Assembly: GCA_017516825.1 (NCBI GenBank)
Contig: JAFXBC010000043.1
Span: forward strand, 4,019-68,018
DNA length: 64,000 nt
Source: Clostridia bacterium
GTDB taxonomy: Bacteria > Bacillota > Clostridia > Oscillospirales > CAG-382
Reading direction: 5' to 3'
In this document: one piece after another, positions 18,101-26,709 of the stretch
How positions within the stretch are numbered: the first letter of the stretch is position 1
Layout of the letters: each line of letters begins with the position of its first letter
Translations under genes and position numbers: made by a program
The notes under the pieces: model-generated
Told to the model about the DNA's origin: nothing
The model's input: the letters and a program-made list of their open reading frames with translations, nothing else
Databases searched by the model: none

Positions 18101-18725
18101 GATCATTCCCAAGACCGGCCACGTTTACAAGCCCGTTCATACCGAAGGCTTCAACTGCCACAACCCCTCTTACGATGAGAACTTCTGCATCAACTGCGGC
18201 GAGTCCGGTGGCATCGTGAACGTAACCGATATCTACTATCCTCCGCTGAGAAACTACGCGCTGAACATCGCCTTCATCGACGACACTCTCATCGTTAAGA
18301 TCGACAGAATGACCGTTGGCGAGTTCAAGACCAACTTCACCGATCCTATCACCGTTTACAAGAATCAGGAAGCCCTCGATGCTGGCGAAGCAATGGCTGA
18401 CGAAGCATACGTTGGTACCGGTTGCATCGTAGTCTGCGGTGTTTGCGGTGAAGAGTTCAACGTAGCAGTTATCGCTGATATCAACGGCGACGGTAAGGTC
18501 AACTCCATCGACTACATGTACGTGAAGCGTCACGTTCGTGGCAACTACGTGCTGTCCGGCATCCAGAAGGTTGCAGCAGACGTTAACGTTGACGTTAAGG
18601 TTTCCGCTCTGGACTACGCTCGCGTTAAGGCTCACGTAATGTACCGTTACGACGTTTACGAGAACTTCCCCGCATGGGAGTCCATCAAGAACACCATTTA
18701 CTTCAATACCGTCAGCGCTGACTAA
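15117..18725 (+). CDS. Large secreted dockerin protein with helical N-terminal half, Listeria-Bacteroides-type repeat and ten Cys-rich ~38-aa repeats
   Basis: ORF 15045..18725 trimmed to ATG 15117, which follows GTGAGGA. Signal peptide MKTVFKRLISSLLLVVMLVAALPVSMVSAASA. Repeats follow P-x-C-x-x-x-G-x5-C-x2-CG-x6-IPALGH. C-terminal dockerin DINGDGKVNSIDYMYVK. Confidence 0.8.
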   Translation: MKTVFKRLISSLLLVVMLVAALPVSMVSAASADIDWEYLKDKYGLTDSQIDAAKDIADDYGLTQEQVDAVEEYYDSLTPEEQDELKEAVKNGEISGTDDLPGTESEKFVKAMFIATMKQAAKDLLNRVVEAMEGVTVKNPFDVYRVYDENGNLAGVNFALHAVDDVELVEAIKGIVENYDVLSALKMMAGAVLLFDEVSVNGHTVYDLADPSDIRNALVQIYRANPIEFSTIANMEGNTLATYNFSLSCRGIEINVPVNFVIDCSEATLNKIKSAAAKLADIFEVNGDFSEDDGIFSADLEGIVDASDYVDSILKYLLPAAVADNYSLVRDQLHTMTLGDLLEQVKLGRLQYVAEKLGYGVQFEKLVNKIADHFHLSLEEPNDLKALIDVIDEKNLLSVYAKAIMQKAVAVRTAIANVDAADLKNALIALDKKLQVPASVKMLLVQAYGANADLVSISATKLKEMLLDLEAKIQLPADFVDTLKNAISIQYIQNKMNKTVGSFYNGDGSYSFAIGNGIGPKGFYNYAEAILDRLLSTKLEDRISKALKAHGYATVEDYVEAAKARYNKLYTGKYDLDMNFTLVLFDVYTVTFVDEKGNVLDTQKVVAGDSAEDPYYHGGSVLGVNYSADKSYENVLADMTVVLTRENHKLDKVEIIKEPTCDTDGLKNVYCSIEGCDYAELNVLIPAHDHELIVDEYLAPDCENPGYIYQVCKYCGILKNEVLDALGHIWVVDVEVLPDACEDGYRLSHCERCGEVKREKLPGGDHDLVAGTPVAPTCTEDGYTPYTCTVCGEVFNLDIVPKLGHNIYHETVQPDCTEDGYAIIKCLNGCGIDEKHVIPALGHLWDDGVVTTDPTCTDPGVKTTTCLRCRETKTEEIPALGHNLTEFIGVMYPNTCIHYGVDTYFCDRCFDFVAVATNPDGVSHSFEHVDGKAATCTQPGYDSYVCRFCGMPETVIIPALGHAYDLDNGVFVAPTCTTEGSWTYTCLTCGDTKVVIIPKTGHVYKPVHTEGFNCHNPSYDENFCINCGESGGIVNVTDIYYPPLRNYALNIAFIDDTLIVKIDRMTVGEFKTNFTDPITVYKNQEALDAGEAMADEAYVGTGCIVVCGVCGEEFNVAVIADINGDGKVNSIDYMYVKRHVRGNYVLSGIQKVAADVNVDVKVSALDYARVKAHVMYRYDVYENFPAWESIKNTIYFNTVSAD
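17058..18212 (+). repeat. Ten tandem in-frame Cys-rich repeats (C-x4-G-x5-6-C-x2-C ... G-H), putative Zn-knuckle beads
   Basis: Read directly from the translation: HKLDK...PAHDH / ELIVD...ALGH / IWVVD...GGDH / DLVAG...KLGH / NIYHE...ALGH / LWDDG...ALGH / NLTEF...GVSH / SFEHV...ALGH / AYDLD...KTGH / VYKPV...CGESG. Confidence 0.85.
18474..18641 (+). other. Dockerin module (second segment degenerate)
   Basis: ADINGDGKVNSIDYMYVKRHV ... DVNVDVKVSALDYARVKAHVM. Confidence 0.7.
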
Positions 18726-18740
18726 TTCCCCAAAAGCAAG

Positions 18741-18771
18741 ATCCTCCGCAGCTCGTCTGCGGAGGATTTTT
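18741..18771 (+). terminator. Intrinsic terminator after the Cys-repeat dockerin gene
   Basis: ATCCTCCGCAG/CTGCGGAGGAT stem plus TTTTT. Confidence 0.85.
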
Positions 18772-18872
18772 CCTTTCGTAGGATGAAAAGGGCGCGATTG
18801 CCATCGTTCAAAAGAAAATAGGGATAAACGTTGGTGAGGGTTAGCCCCTCGGATCTTCGGTAGCCAAGGCTG

Positions 18873-18922
18873 CCCCGGAAGGGGGAGCTGTCGCGGCGGT
18901 AAACACGCCGTGACTGAGGGGG
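18873..18922. repeat. GC-rich double-hairpin element, type 2, copy a
   Basis: CCCCGGAAGGGG-GAGCTGTC-[GCGGCG..CGCCGT]-GACTGAGGGGG. Confidence 0.7.
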
Positions 18923-18994
18923 TTGACCCCTTCTGATGATTTCATTTTAAGAAGAACGACTTGAAATACAGATGGGCGGGGAGATGACCCCATC

Positions 18995-19028
18995 AAAAAA
19001 GAACCTTTCGAAGCGAAAGGCTCTTTTT
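18995..19028 (-). terminator. Bidirectional intrinsic terminator ending the aromatic operon
   Basis: A6-GAACCTTTCG-AAG-CGAAAGGCTC-T5. Confidence 0.8.
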
Positions 19029-19039
19029 GTTATGAAGTT

Positions 19040-20263
19040 TTAAGACAAGCTTTTCAGGATCTCTGAAACCGTCTCCGCGGGGGATTTGCAGTTCTCCACG
19101 GTCACGTCTGCCAAAGCAACGTAAAGCGGCTGACGCTCCTTATAGAGCTTCTCAAGGGCTTCTCCGGAGGAGGACAGCGGTCTGCCTCCCGTGGCAAGTT
19201 CCTCCAAGCTCCGTTCCACCAAAATCACCCGTCCGTTCTGCTTCAGCAGGGAATGGTTCTCCGGTCGCTTCACGACGCCGCCCCCGGTGGCAACCACAGC
19301 GCCGCCGGTAGCGGTAACCTCCGCCAACACCTCGGTCTCCAAAGCACGGAAGACGTCCTCACCATCTTCCGCAAAGATCTCAGGGATGGTCTTTCCTGCC
19401 AGCTCCTCAATGCTGACGTCGGTGTCGATGAACGTTTTCCCCAACGCCTCTGCCAACAGCCTGCCCAGGGTGGATTTTCCGCTTCCGGGCATACCGATCA
19501 GGCAGATCGTCTCGCAGATCCCGCGAATTTCCTTGATAACGGGGCGGATGGCGCCGTCATCTATGACTTGATCCTCGAAGATCTCCGCGGCACGCTTTGC
19601 CTGGGCCACCAGCATGGGCAACCCGCCCGCGCAAGGCGCTCCCAATTCCTCCGCCTGTTGCATGAACGCCGTTTTCAAAGGGTTGTAGATCAGATCCGCA
19701 ACCCCCTTCAGATTTTTGAATTGCCTAAGATCCACAGGGGATTTGCCGTTGCCCGGAAACATTCCAACGGGGGAGGTATTCACCACCACAGTATGCTCTG
19801 AAATGGTTTCGATAAACCCGGGGGTGTTCAGGGTTCTGGGGACCACCGTGATATGTGATGCCCCAAGATCCTCCAGTACAGCGCAAACCGTAGGAGCAAC
19901 ACCGCCGTTTCCGATCACCGCGCATTTTTCGCCCACAACGGAAATTTTCCCTTCCTCCAGCATATATCGAAAACCGTAGTAATCCGTATTGTAGCCGTAC
20001 AGCTCCCCGTCCTTCACCTTGATGGTGTTTACACTGCCGATCCGCTTTGCCAAAGGCGAAAGCTCCTTGCAGTAGGGAATCACGGCCTTCTTATAGGGCA
20101 TTGTTACGTTGAGATTACCGAACCTGCCGCTTTTCAGAAAGGATTCAAGCTCCTCTTTGGGGGTGGGAAACAATCGGTATTCATAGCTCCCGAAGCGGGA
20201 ATGGATCAAAGGAGAAAAGCTGTGCCCCAGCTTCTCTCCCAAAAGACCGTAAGGCTTCATCAT
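19040..20263 (-). CDS. aroE-aroK: Bifunctional shikimate dehydrogenase / shikimate kinase fusion
   Basis: N-terminal AroE motifs (LGHSFSPLIH, NVTMPYK, NTDYYGF). C-terminal AroK P-loop (LIGMPGSGKSTLGRLLA ... FIDTD). Confidence 0.85.
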   Translation of the reverse strand: MMKPYGLLGEKLGHSFSPLIHSRFGSYEYRLFPTPKEELESFLKSGRFGNLNVTMPYKKAVIPYCKELSPLAKRIGSVNTIKVKDGELYGYNTDYYGFRYMLEEGKISVVGEKCAVIGNGGVAPTVCAVLEDLGASHITVVPRTLNTPGFIETISEHTVVVNTSPVGMFPGNGKSPVDLRQFKNLKGVADLIYNPLKTAFMQQAEELGAPCAGGLPMLVAQAKRAAEIFEDQVIDDGAIRPVIKEIRGICETICLIGMPGSGKSTLGRLLAEALGKTFIDTDVSIEELAGKTIPEIFAEDGEDVFRALETEVLAEVTATGGAVVATGGGVVKRPENHSLLKQNGRVILVERSLEELATGGRPLSSSGEALEKLYKERQPLYVALADVTVENCKSPAETVSEILKSLS

Positions 20264-21402
20264 ACCACCTCAAGATAACTGCCCAGATACCGAAGCTCCT
20301 CCGTCTCCGCCTCCAACAGCGCGATCAACTCGTACAGCGCGGGAGACGCGGCGGGAATGTCCAGATCTAGATAGAACAAAAACTCAAAATCTCTCTCCGG
20401 CAAGGGGCGGCTTTCCAGCTTCACCAGGTTCACGCCCAGCTCGTTGCAACGCTCCAACACGGAGAACAAGGCGCCGGGCTTGTGCTTCAAAACCAGGATC
20501 AGCGTGGTTCTGTTAGCCCCGGGATAGATCTCCTTCTTCTTGGAGATGCAGATAAATCTGGTGCGGTTTGCACCGGTGTCCTGAATGGTCTCCGCAAGGA
20601 TGGAAAGCCCGTAAAGCTCTGCACAGGAGCGGGAGGAGATGGCGGCAATGGAGGGATCGTCACTCGTCGATACCATCTGCGCCGCCATAGCTGTGTTGGC
20701 GCATGCCTTCACCTTCACACCCGCCAGGGATGATAAGAACTTAGAGCATTGACCGATGGCCTGCTCGTGAGAGTAGATCACCTTGATGTCCGAAAGCTTT
20801 ACCCCGGGCTTTGCCAGCAGGCAATGGCTGATCAAAAGGCGGGTACTGCGGACGATGTTGCATTGGTAGTTCACCAGCAGATCGTAATTTGCCTTCACGG
20901 ACCCGGCGGTGCTGTTTTCAATGGGGAGAATGCCGTAGCGGCAGGTTCCCTCGTCCACCGCCTTGAAAACGTCCTCAAAGGTGGGGAAGAATTTGATCTC
21001 CGGATCTCTGAACAGCTTCTCGCAGGCCAAGGAGGAGTAAGCGCCCTCCACACCCTGGCAGGCCACGGTGGCTTCCGTGGGGAACAGCTCGGGGGTCTCC
21101 AGCCTGGATCTGTTGATCTCCTCCGCCAAAGCGGAAGGGGGATCCGTCAGCTTATGCTGATAGGAACGGCTGTAACCGAACAAGGAGCGGAACATACACC
21201 GCACGTAGGGCTCGAATTCTTCTTTCGAAAGCGCCCCCACGGCGTTCAGCTTGTCCCGTTCCCGCCCGCGGTCAAAAATGGGCTTGCCGTTTTCCTTTTT
21301 CCATCTTGCCACGTCACCGCAGATCTCCATACGGCGGCAGAACAGCTCCACAAGCTGTGCGTCCAGCACATCCAATTGATCTCTGTAATCTTTAATATCC
21401 AT
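20260..21402 (-). CDS. pheA: Chorismate mutase / prephenate dehydratase (P-protein) with ACT domain
   Basis: CM helix region (LDAQLVELFCRRMEICGDVARWK), then a PDT domain and a C-terminal ACT-like region. ATG 21402 has better SD spacing than ATG 21408. Confidence 0.85.
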   Translation of the reverse strand: MDIKDYRDQLDVLDAQLVELFCRRMEICGDVARWKKENGKPIFDRGRERDKLNAVGALSKEEFEPYVRCMFRSLFGYSRSYQHKLTDPPSALAEEINRSRLETPELFPTEATVACQGVEGAYSSLACEKLFRDPEIKFFPTFEDVFKAVDEGTCRYGILPIENSTAGSVKANYDLLVNYQCNIVRSTRLLISHCLLAKPGVKLSDIKVIYSHEQAIGQCSKFLSSLAGVKVKACANTAMAAQMVSTSDDPSIAAISSRSCAELYGLSILAETIQDTGANRTRFICISKKKEIYPGANRTTLILVLKHKPGALFSVLERCNELGVNLVKLESRPLPERDFEFLFYLDLDIPAASPALYELIALLEAETEELRYLGSYLEVV

Positions 21403-21414
21403 GATCATACCCTC

Positions 21415-22482
21415 TTAAAGCAAACAATCCGCCACTGCCAGTGCGGCCACCGCCTCCACAACGGGAACGGCTCTCTGCAGGATGCAGGGATCGTGACGTC
21501 CCTGGATCACCAGATCGGTGTTCTCCATACGGGAAAGGGAAATGCTTTTCTGCACCTTCCCGATAGAGGGGGTAGGCTTGATCCCCACGCGGAATACAAT
21601 AGGCATCCCGTTGGCGATCCCGCCCATCAGCCCGCCTGCGTTGTTGGTCTCGGTGTAAATTCTTTTTCCGTCGGTGCGGATGGGATCGTTGTTTTCCGAT
21701 CCTCTCTTTTCACAGCCGGCAAAGCCGCTGCCGAACTCGATCCCCTTCACGGCGGGAATGCCGAACGTGGCCGTGGCGATCCTGCCCTCCATGCCTCCGA
21801 AGGAGCTGTCTCCCGTGCCTGCGGGGATCCCCGTCACGGCGCACTCGATACTGCCCCCCACGGAATCCGCTTCACCCTTGGCACACAGAATGATCTCCTG
21901 CATAGCCTTGCCCTTTTCCTCGTTCAGAACGGGGAAGTCCTTCTTCCCGGGGGCAAGTAGCTCCTCCGCGGCAGGCTCTACGGAGAATCTGTCGTCCTCC
22001 ACCCCGCCAACGGATGCGATATGAGCCCCCACGCGAACGCCCAGGGTCTCCAGATAAGTCATGCAAAGATAGCCCGCCACGCAAAGGGGTGCGGTCAACC
22101 GCCCGGAAAACTCGCCGCCTCCCCGGTGATCCCGATGCGCGCCGTACTTGAAATAGGCTGCCAGATCCGCGTGGGAGGGGCGGGGAATATCCGCAAGCTT
22201 TTCGTAATCCTTACTGCGGGTATCCGTATTCATGATCACGGCGGAAACAGGAGCTCCCGTGGTAACGCCGTCCACTACGCCGGAAAGGAATTCCACCTTG
22301 TCGGGCTCTTTTCTTGCGGTGGAAAAAGCATTCCGCCCCGGGGCGCGGCGCTCCATAAAGGCGGCAAGCCCCTCCGCGTCCACGGAGATCCCGGCAGGGA
22401 AGCCGTCTATCACCACACCCATTCCCGCAGAATGGGATTGCCCGAATACCTGCACCCGCAGGCGATTTCCGTAGGTAAACAT
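21415..22482 (-). CDS. aroC: Chorismate synthase
   Basis: FGQSHSAGMGVVIDG, SHADL and GGGEFSGRLTA motifs. ATG 22482 follows GAGAAGG. Confidence 0.9.
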   Translation of the reverse strand: MFTYGNRLRVQVFGQSHSAGMGVVIDGFPAGISVDAEGLAAFMERRAPGRNAFSTARKEPDKVEFLSGVVDGVTTGAPVSAVIMNTDTRSKDYEKLADIPRPSHADLAAYFKYGAHRDHRGGGEFSGRLTAPLCVAGYLCMTYLETLGVRVGAHIASVGGVEDDRFSVEPAAEELLAPGKKDFPVLNEEKGKAMQEIILCAKGEADSVGGSIECAVTGIPAGTGDSSFGGMEGRIATATFGIPAVKGIEFGSGFAGCEKRGSENNDPIRTDGKRIYTETNNAGGLMGGIANGMPIVFRVGIKPTPSIGKVQKSISLSRMENTDLVIQGRHDPCILQRAVPVVEAVAALAVADCLL

Positions 22483-22496
22483 CAAACTACCTTCTC

Positions 22497-23753
22497 TCAG
22501 TTAAGTTCCTTATAAACACCGCCAAGGCTTTCCAGATGGCGGAAAAAGTCGGGGTAAGATTTCTCAACGGCCCGGGCGCCTATGATCTCCACGGGCTCAC
22601 AGCAGGCCAGAGAAGCCACAGCGGCACTCATGGCAATGCGGTGGTCGTTACAAGCATCCACCACGCCGCCCTTCAATCCGCCTCCTTGAATGACCATACC
22701 CTCTGCCGTTTCCTCGCAGAAAACTCCCAAGGCCTTCAGCATCCCGCAAACGCTGGCAATGCGGTCGCTTTCCTTCAAGCGAAGTCTTGCCGCTCCTTTG
22801 ATCACCGTCTCGCCCTCGGCGTAAGCCGCCGCAATAGCCAATACGGGCACCAGATCGGGAATATCCGAAGCGTCGATGGTCACACCATGAAGAACAGACT
22901 GTTCGGCACAATAAACGCCCTGTTCTTCCCGAACGTTGCCGCCCATTTCACGGAGGATGGAGACGATGGCCTTATCCCCCTGGGTGGAATCCTTTTGCAA
23001 TCCCGTCAAGCGGATCTTTCCGCCTATAACGCCTGCCACCAGCCAGAAGGCGGCGTTGGACCAATCGCCCTCCGCGTAAAGCTCACCGGGTGACCGGAAG
23101 GGGGCGGGGGAGACGAGCATTTCACTCTCCGTCACCACAGGCTCCACGCCGAATTCCTTCATCACGGCGCAGGTCAATGCAACGTAAGGCGCAGACTCCA
23201 GCCTGCCCGACACGGTGATCCTGCTTGCTGCGGGAAGCAAAGGCAACCCCAAAAGCAGTCCCGTAAAGAACTGGGAGCTGACAGAGCCGTCCAGGGTAAA
23301 GTCTCCCGCCGTTAACTGCCCCTCCATGGAAAGGGGAAACACCCCGTTGGGGGACAGGGTCACGCCGTGGCGAACCAACTCCTCGTACAGCGGGGAAAGA
23401 GGTCTTGCCGACAGCCTTCCCTTAGCGTGGAAAACAGCCTTCCGCCCCAAAGCCGCCGTGACGGGCAACATAAAGCGCAAGGTAGAGCCGCTTTCTTCGC
23501 AGCAAAGATCGGCCGCTTCCTCTTTTTTTGCCACGGGGAACACGGTATAAACGCCTTTTTCCTCGCGGATCTCCGCCCCCAAAGCAGAAAGACAACCGGC
23601 GGTAGCCCAAATGTCCCGGTTGGATCGGGGGCAATGTAAAACCGTCGGTTTGTCAGCCAGGGATGCGCAGATCAATGCGCGGTGCATATAGGATTTGGAG
23701 GGGATCACCCTCAATTCTCCCTCCAAAAAGGAGGGATTCAGTAATACGTTCAT
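22497..23753 (-). CDS. aroA: 3-phosphoshikimate 1-carboxyvinyltransferase (EPSP synthase)
   Basis: ORF trimmed to MNVLLNPSF... (ATG 23753), which removes the overlap with aroB. Motifs PSKSYMHRALI and LKESDR. Confidence 0.9.
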   Translation of the reverse strand: MNVLLNPSFLEGELRVIPSKSYMHRALICASLADKPTVLHCPRSNRDIWATAGCLSALGAEIREEKGVYTVFPVAKKEEAADLCCEESGSTLRFMLPVTAALGRKAVFHAKGRLSARPLSPLYEELVRHGVTLSPNGVFPLSMEGQLTAGDFTLDGSVSSQFFTGLLLGLPLLPAASRITVSGRLESAPYVALTCAVMKEFGVEPVVTESEMLVSPAPFRSPGELYAEGDWSNAAFWLVAGVIGGKIRLTGLQKDSTQGDKAIVSILREMGGNVREEQGVYCAEQSVLHGVTIDASDIPDLVPVLAIAAAYAEGETVIKGAARLRLKESDRIASVCGMLKALGVFCEETAEGMVIQGGGLKGGVVDACNDHRIAMSAAVASLACCEPVEIIGARAVEKSYPDFFRHLESLGGVYKELN

Positions 23754-23767
23754 GTTTGGTACTCGGT

Positions 23768-24817
23768 TCAGATGATTTGTGCAAACAAGTGGGGAAGCTC
23801 CTTCACGTCCACAGGGTAGAGAACGCAATCTCCCATCCCCCGCGGCAAGATCAACCGCAGGGTATCTCCCGCCCGCTTTTTGTCGGAAAGCATGGTTTCA
23901 AGCAACACGTCTCCGGGGTAGGGTGACTCTACGGGCAGTCCGTAAGCCTGCAAAAGCTCCACCGTCTCCTGTACAAGCTCCTCGCCGCACAGCCCCAGCT
24001 TGACCGAAAGCCCGGCGGCGATCACCATTCCCATGGCAACGCACTTCCCGTGGGAAAGGGCAAAAGCGGAACGCTTCTCGATGGCGTGGCCAACGGTATG
24101 CCCCAAATTCAAGAACATCCGCACTCCGGTGTCGAATTCATCCTCCTCCACCATATCCCGCTTGATGGAAACGCATTGGGTGATGATGGTAGTCCAATTC
24201 GCACTTTCGGGGGCTTTCAGCATGGAAAGCAAGGGCTCTCCCTTCAAAAGGGCGTACTTGATCACCTCGGCGCACCCGTCGGAGAATACCTCGGGGGAAA
24301 GGGTCTGCAATACCAAGGGATCGCAATATACCGCCGCAGGCTGATGAAAAGCACCTGCCAGGTTCTTCCCGCCCTCTAAGTCGATAGCCGTCTTTCCTCC
24401 CACGGAGGAATCCACCGCCGCCAGCAGGGTAGTGGGGATCTGTACGTAACGAATGCCCCGCAGGTATACCGCGGAGGCAAACCCCGCCAGATCTCCGATC
24501 ACGCCGCCGCCCAGAGCGAACACCGCATCGGTGCGGGTCAGCTTACGGGAGGCCAAAAATTCCAAAACCTCCCCCAAACGGGTAAGACACTTGGTCTGTT
24601 CCCCCTCGGGCAACACCAGACGAAACACGGTAAACCCGGCCTCTGTAAGATTCCGCTCCACCCTGTCACCGTACAGCGCGTTCACCCGCTCCTCGGTGAT
24701 CAAAGCGGCGGTCTTCCCCGGGAGCAGTTCTCTTGCAAGAACCCCTACGCGGTCAAGAAGACCCTCTTCCACCAAAACCTCATATTCCGTTGATGCCTTT
24801 ACTTTTACGGTTGCCAT
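23768..24817 (-). CDS. aroB: 3-dehydroquinate synthase
   Basis: GGGVIGDLAGFAS, DSSVGGKTAID and HTVGHAIE motifs. Confidence 0.9.
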   Translation of the reverse strand: MATVKVKASTEYEVLVEEGLLDRVGVLARELLPGKTAALITEERVNALYGDRVERNLTEAGFTVFRLVLPEGEQTKCLTRLGEVLEFLASRKLTRTDAVFALGGGVIGDLAGFASAVYLRGIRYVQIPTTLLAAVDSSVGGKTAIDLEGGKNLAGAFHQPAAVYCDPLVLQTLSPEVFSDGCAEVIKYALLKGEPLLSMLKAPESANWTTIITQCVSIKRDMVEEDEFDTGVRMFLNLGHTVGHAIEKRSAFALSHGKCVAMGMVIAAGLSVKLGLCGEELVQETVELLQAYGLPVESPYPGDVLLETMLSDKKRAGDTLRLILPRGMGDCVLYPVDVKELPHLFAQII

Positions 24818-24836
24818 GGAATGCCTCGTTCACAGT

Positions 24837-25673
24837 TCAAACAGTTTCCAGCTCGCCCTTACGAATCGCCCCTTCTTGCAAAAGGGCGGCAAGGGAGGCC
24901 CGGTCGCGTTCTTCCAACGCCTTCCTATATAATACAAGATTTTGGATCATAATGTCAAGTTCTTCCGCAAGAAAATCTGCATTTTCCATAAATAATTCCG
25001 TCCACATGGGTACGTTCACCTTGGCGACCCTGGCCATATCCCGAAAGCTTCCCGCAGAAAACCCCCGATGCTCCGCCGCCGTGGGATTCTTCACGTAGGC
25101 GTTGGAAAGGATATGGGGGAGCTGGGAGGTGAAGGCGATTCGCCTGTCATGCTCCTCGGGAGTGCAGGTGACGATCTTGGAAAATCCTACCTCGCGGAAC
25201 AGCTTGCAGATCCGATCCAATTTCGGCAGATCGTCGCAATCTCCCGGGACTAAGATCATGCTTGCTCCGCGGAACATTTTTTCCTTTGCCGCACGGAAGC
25301 CGGAGGCCACCGCCCCCGCCATGGGATGTCCGCCGATGAAGGTGAAGCCGTATTCCGCCGCCGTCTCCTTCATTTGCTCGAAAATGGCCCGCTTTACACC
25401 GCAAAGATCCACCACCACCGCATCCTTGGAAAGATGCTTGCCGTTTTCCCTCAAAAAGTCAGCAGAAGCCTGAGGATACAGCGTGATGAGGAGGATATCG
25501 CATTCCTGCATGGCCTCCTCCGTCAGCACCCCGTCGATGGAGTCGGTGAATTTGGCAAAAGCCACGGCGTCGCTATTCCGATCCAGCCCCAAAACCGTGT
25601 GGTCGCCGTAGGTCTTGATGGCCTTGGCAAAGGAACCGCCGATGGTGCCCAAGCCTACGATGCCGATCCTCAT
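24837..25673 (-). CDS. tyrA: Prephenate dehydrogenase
   Basis: MRIGIVGLGTIGGS Rossmann start and the GGHPMAG motif. ATGA overlap with the upstream gene. Confidence 0.85.
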   Translation of the reverse strand: MRIGIVGLGTIGGSFAKAIKTYGDHTVLGLDRNSDAVAFAKFTDSIDGVLTEEAMQECDILLITLYPQASADFLRENGKHLSKDAVVVDLCGVKRAIFEQMKETAAEYGFTFIGGHPMAGAVASGFRAAKEKMFRGASMILVPGDCDDLPKLDRICKLFREVGFSKIVTCTPEEHDRRIAFTSQLPHILSNAYVKNPTAAEHRGFSAGSFRDMARVAKVNVPMWTELFMENADFLAEELDIMIQNLVLYRKALEERDRASLAALLQEGAIRKGELETV

Positions 25674-26671
25674 ACCAACGCCTCCCTTACCTTGAAGACG
25701 GCCTTGGCCAGATCCTCAAATTGGTCGGGTGTCAAGGACTGGGGTCCGTCGCACAAGGCGTGACCGGGGTCGTTGTGTACCTCGATCATCAAGCCGTCAG
25801 CCCCTGCGGCGGCGGCCGCCAGAGCCATGGGCTTTACGTAGCGGGAAACCCCGGTGGCGTGGCTGGGATCCACGATGACGGGAAGATGGGATAGCTCCTT
25901 CAGCACCGCCACGGCGGATAGATCCAAGGTATTGCGGGTGTAGGTCTCAAAGGTTCTGATCCCCCGCTCACAGAAGATCACCTTCTCGTTGCCTCCCGCC
26001 ATGATGTATTCCGCGGACATCAAAAGCTCCTTAATGGTGTTGGCAAGCCCTCTTTTCAGCAGAATGGGCTTATCGATCCTTCCCAGCTCCTTGAGAAGCT
26101 CAAAGTTCTGCATATTCCGCGCCCCCACCTGGATCATATCCACCTGCTCGAACAGGGGAAGGTGCTGGGCGTTCATGATCTCCGTGACAATAGGCAGACC
26201 CGTCTCCTTCTTGGCTTCCAGCAAAAGCTCAATGCCGTCAGCCCGTAAGCCCTGGAAGTCGTAAGGGGAGGTTCTGGGCTTGAAGGCACCGCCCCGCAGC
26301 ATGGTAGCCCCGGAAGCCTTCACCGACTTGGCGATCCCGATCAACTGCTCCCGGGATTCCACGGAGCAGGGCCCCGCCATCAGGGTGAAGCCTCCGCCGC
26401 CTACGGTGAAGGACTCTGCCCCGATCACCGTGTCTTCCTCGTGGAACTTCCTGTTGGCTTTCTTGAAGGGCTCGGAGACCCGCTGGACCTTCTCCACGAT
26501 CTCCAGCCCCTCCAGCATATCCGTGTCAATGCTTCCCGTGTCGCCCACCAACCCCAGAACGGTGTGGTACTGCCCCTCGGAAATGTGTACGTCCAACGCC
26601 TTGGAACGAAGCCAATCTATCAATTCTTCCCGCTTTTGCAGGGTGGTCTGATTCTTCAATACGATGATCAT
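25670..26671 (-). CDS. aroF: DAHP synthase, type I-beta with N-terminal ferredoxin-like regulatory extension
   Basis: GPCSVES, RGGAFKPRTSPY and DPSH motifs. A ~65-aa N-terminal extension precedes the barrel, as in Thermotoga-type enzymes. Confidence 0.9.
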   Translation of the reverse strand: MIIVLKNQTTLQKREELIDWLRSKALDVHISEGQYHTVLGLVGDTGSIDTDMLEGLEIVEKVQRVSEPFKKANRKFHEEDTVIGAESFTVGGGGFTLMAGPCSVESREQLIGIAKSVKASGATMLRGGAFKPRTSPYDFQGLRADGIELLLEAKKETGLPIVTEIMNAQHLPLFEQVDMIQVGARNMQNFELLKELGRIDKPILLKRGLANTIKELLMSAEYIMAGGNEKVIFCERGIRTFETYTRNTLDLSAVAVLKELSHLPVIVDPSHATGVSRYVKPMALAAAAAGADGLMIEVHNDPGHALCDGPQSLTPDQFEDLAKAVFKVREALV

Positions 26672-26709
26672 AACGGTCTTCCTCTTGCTCGAATTAAAAC
26701 TTTTTCGTT

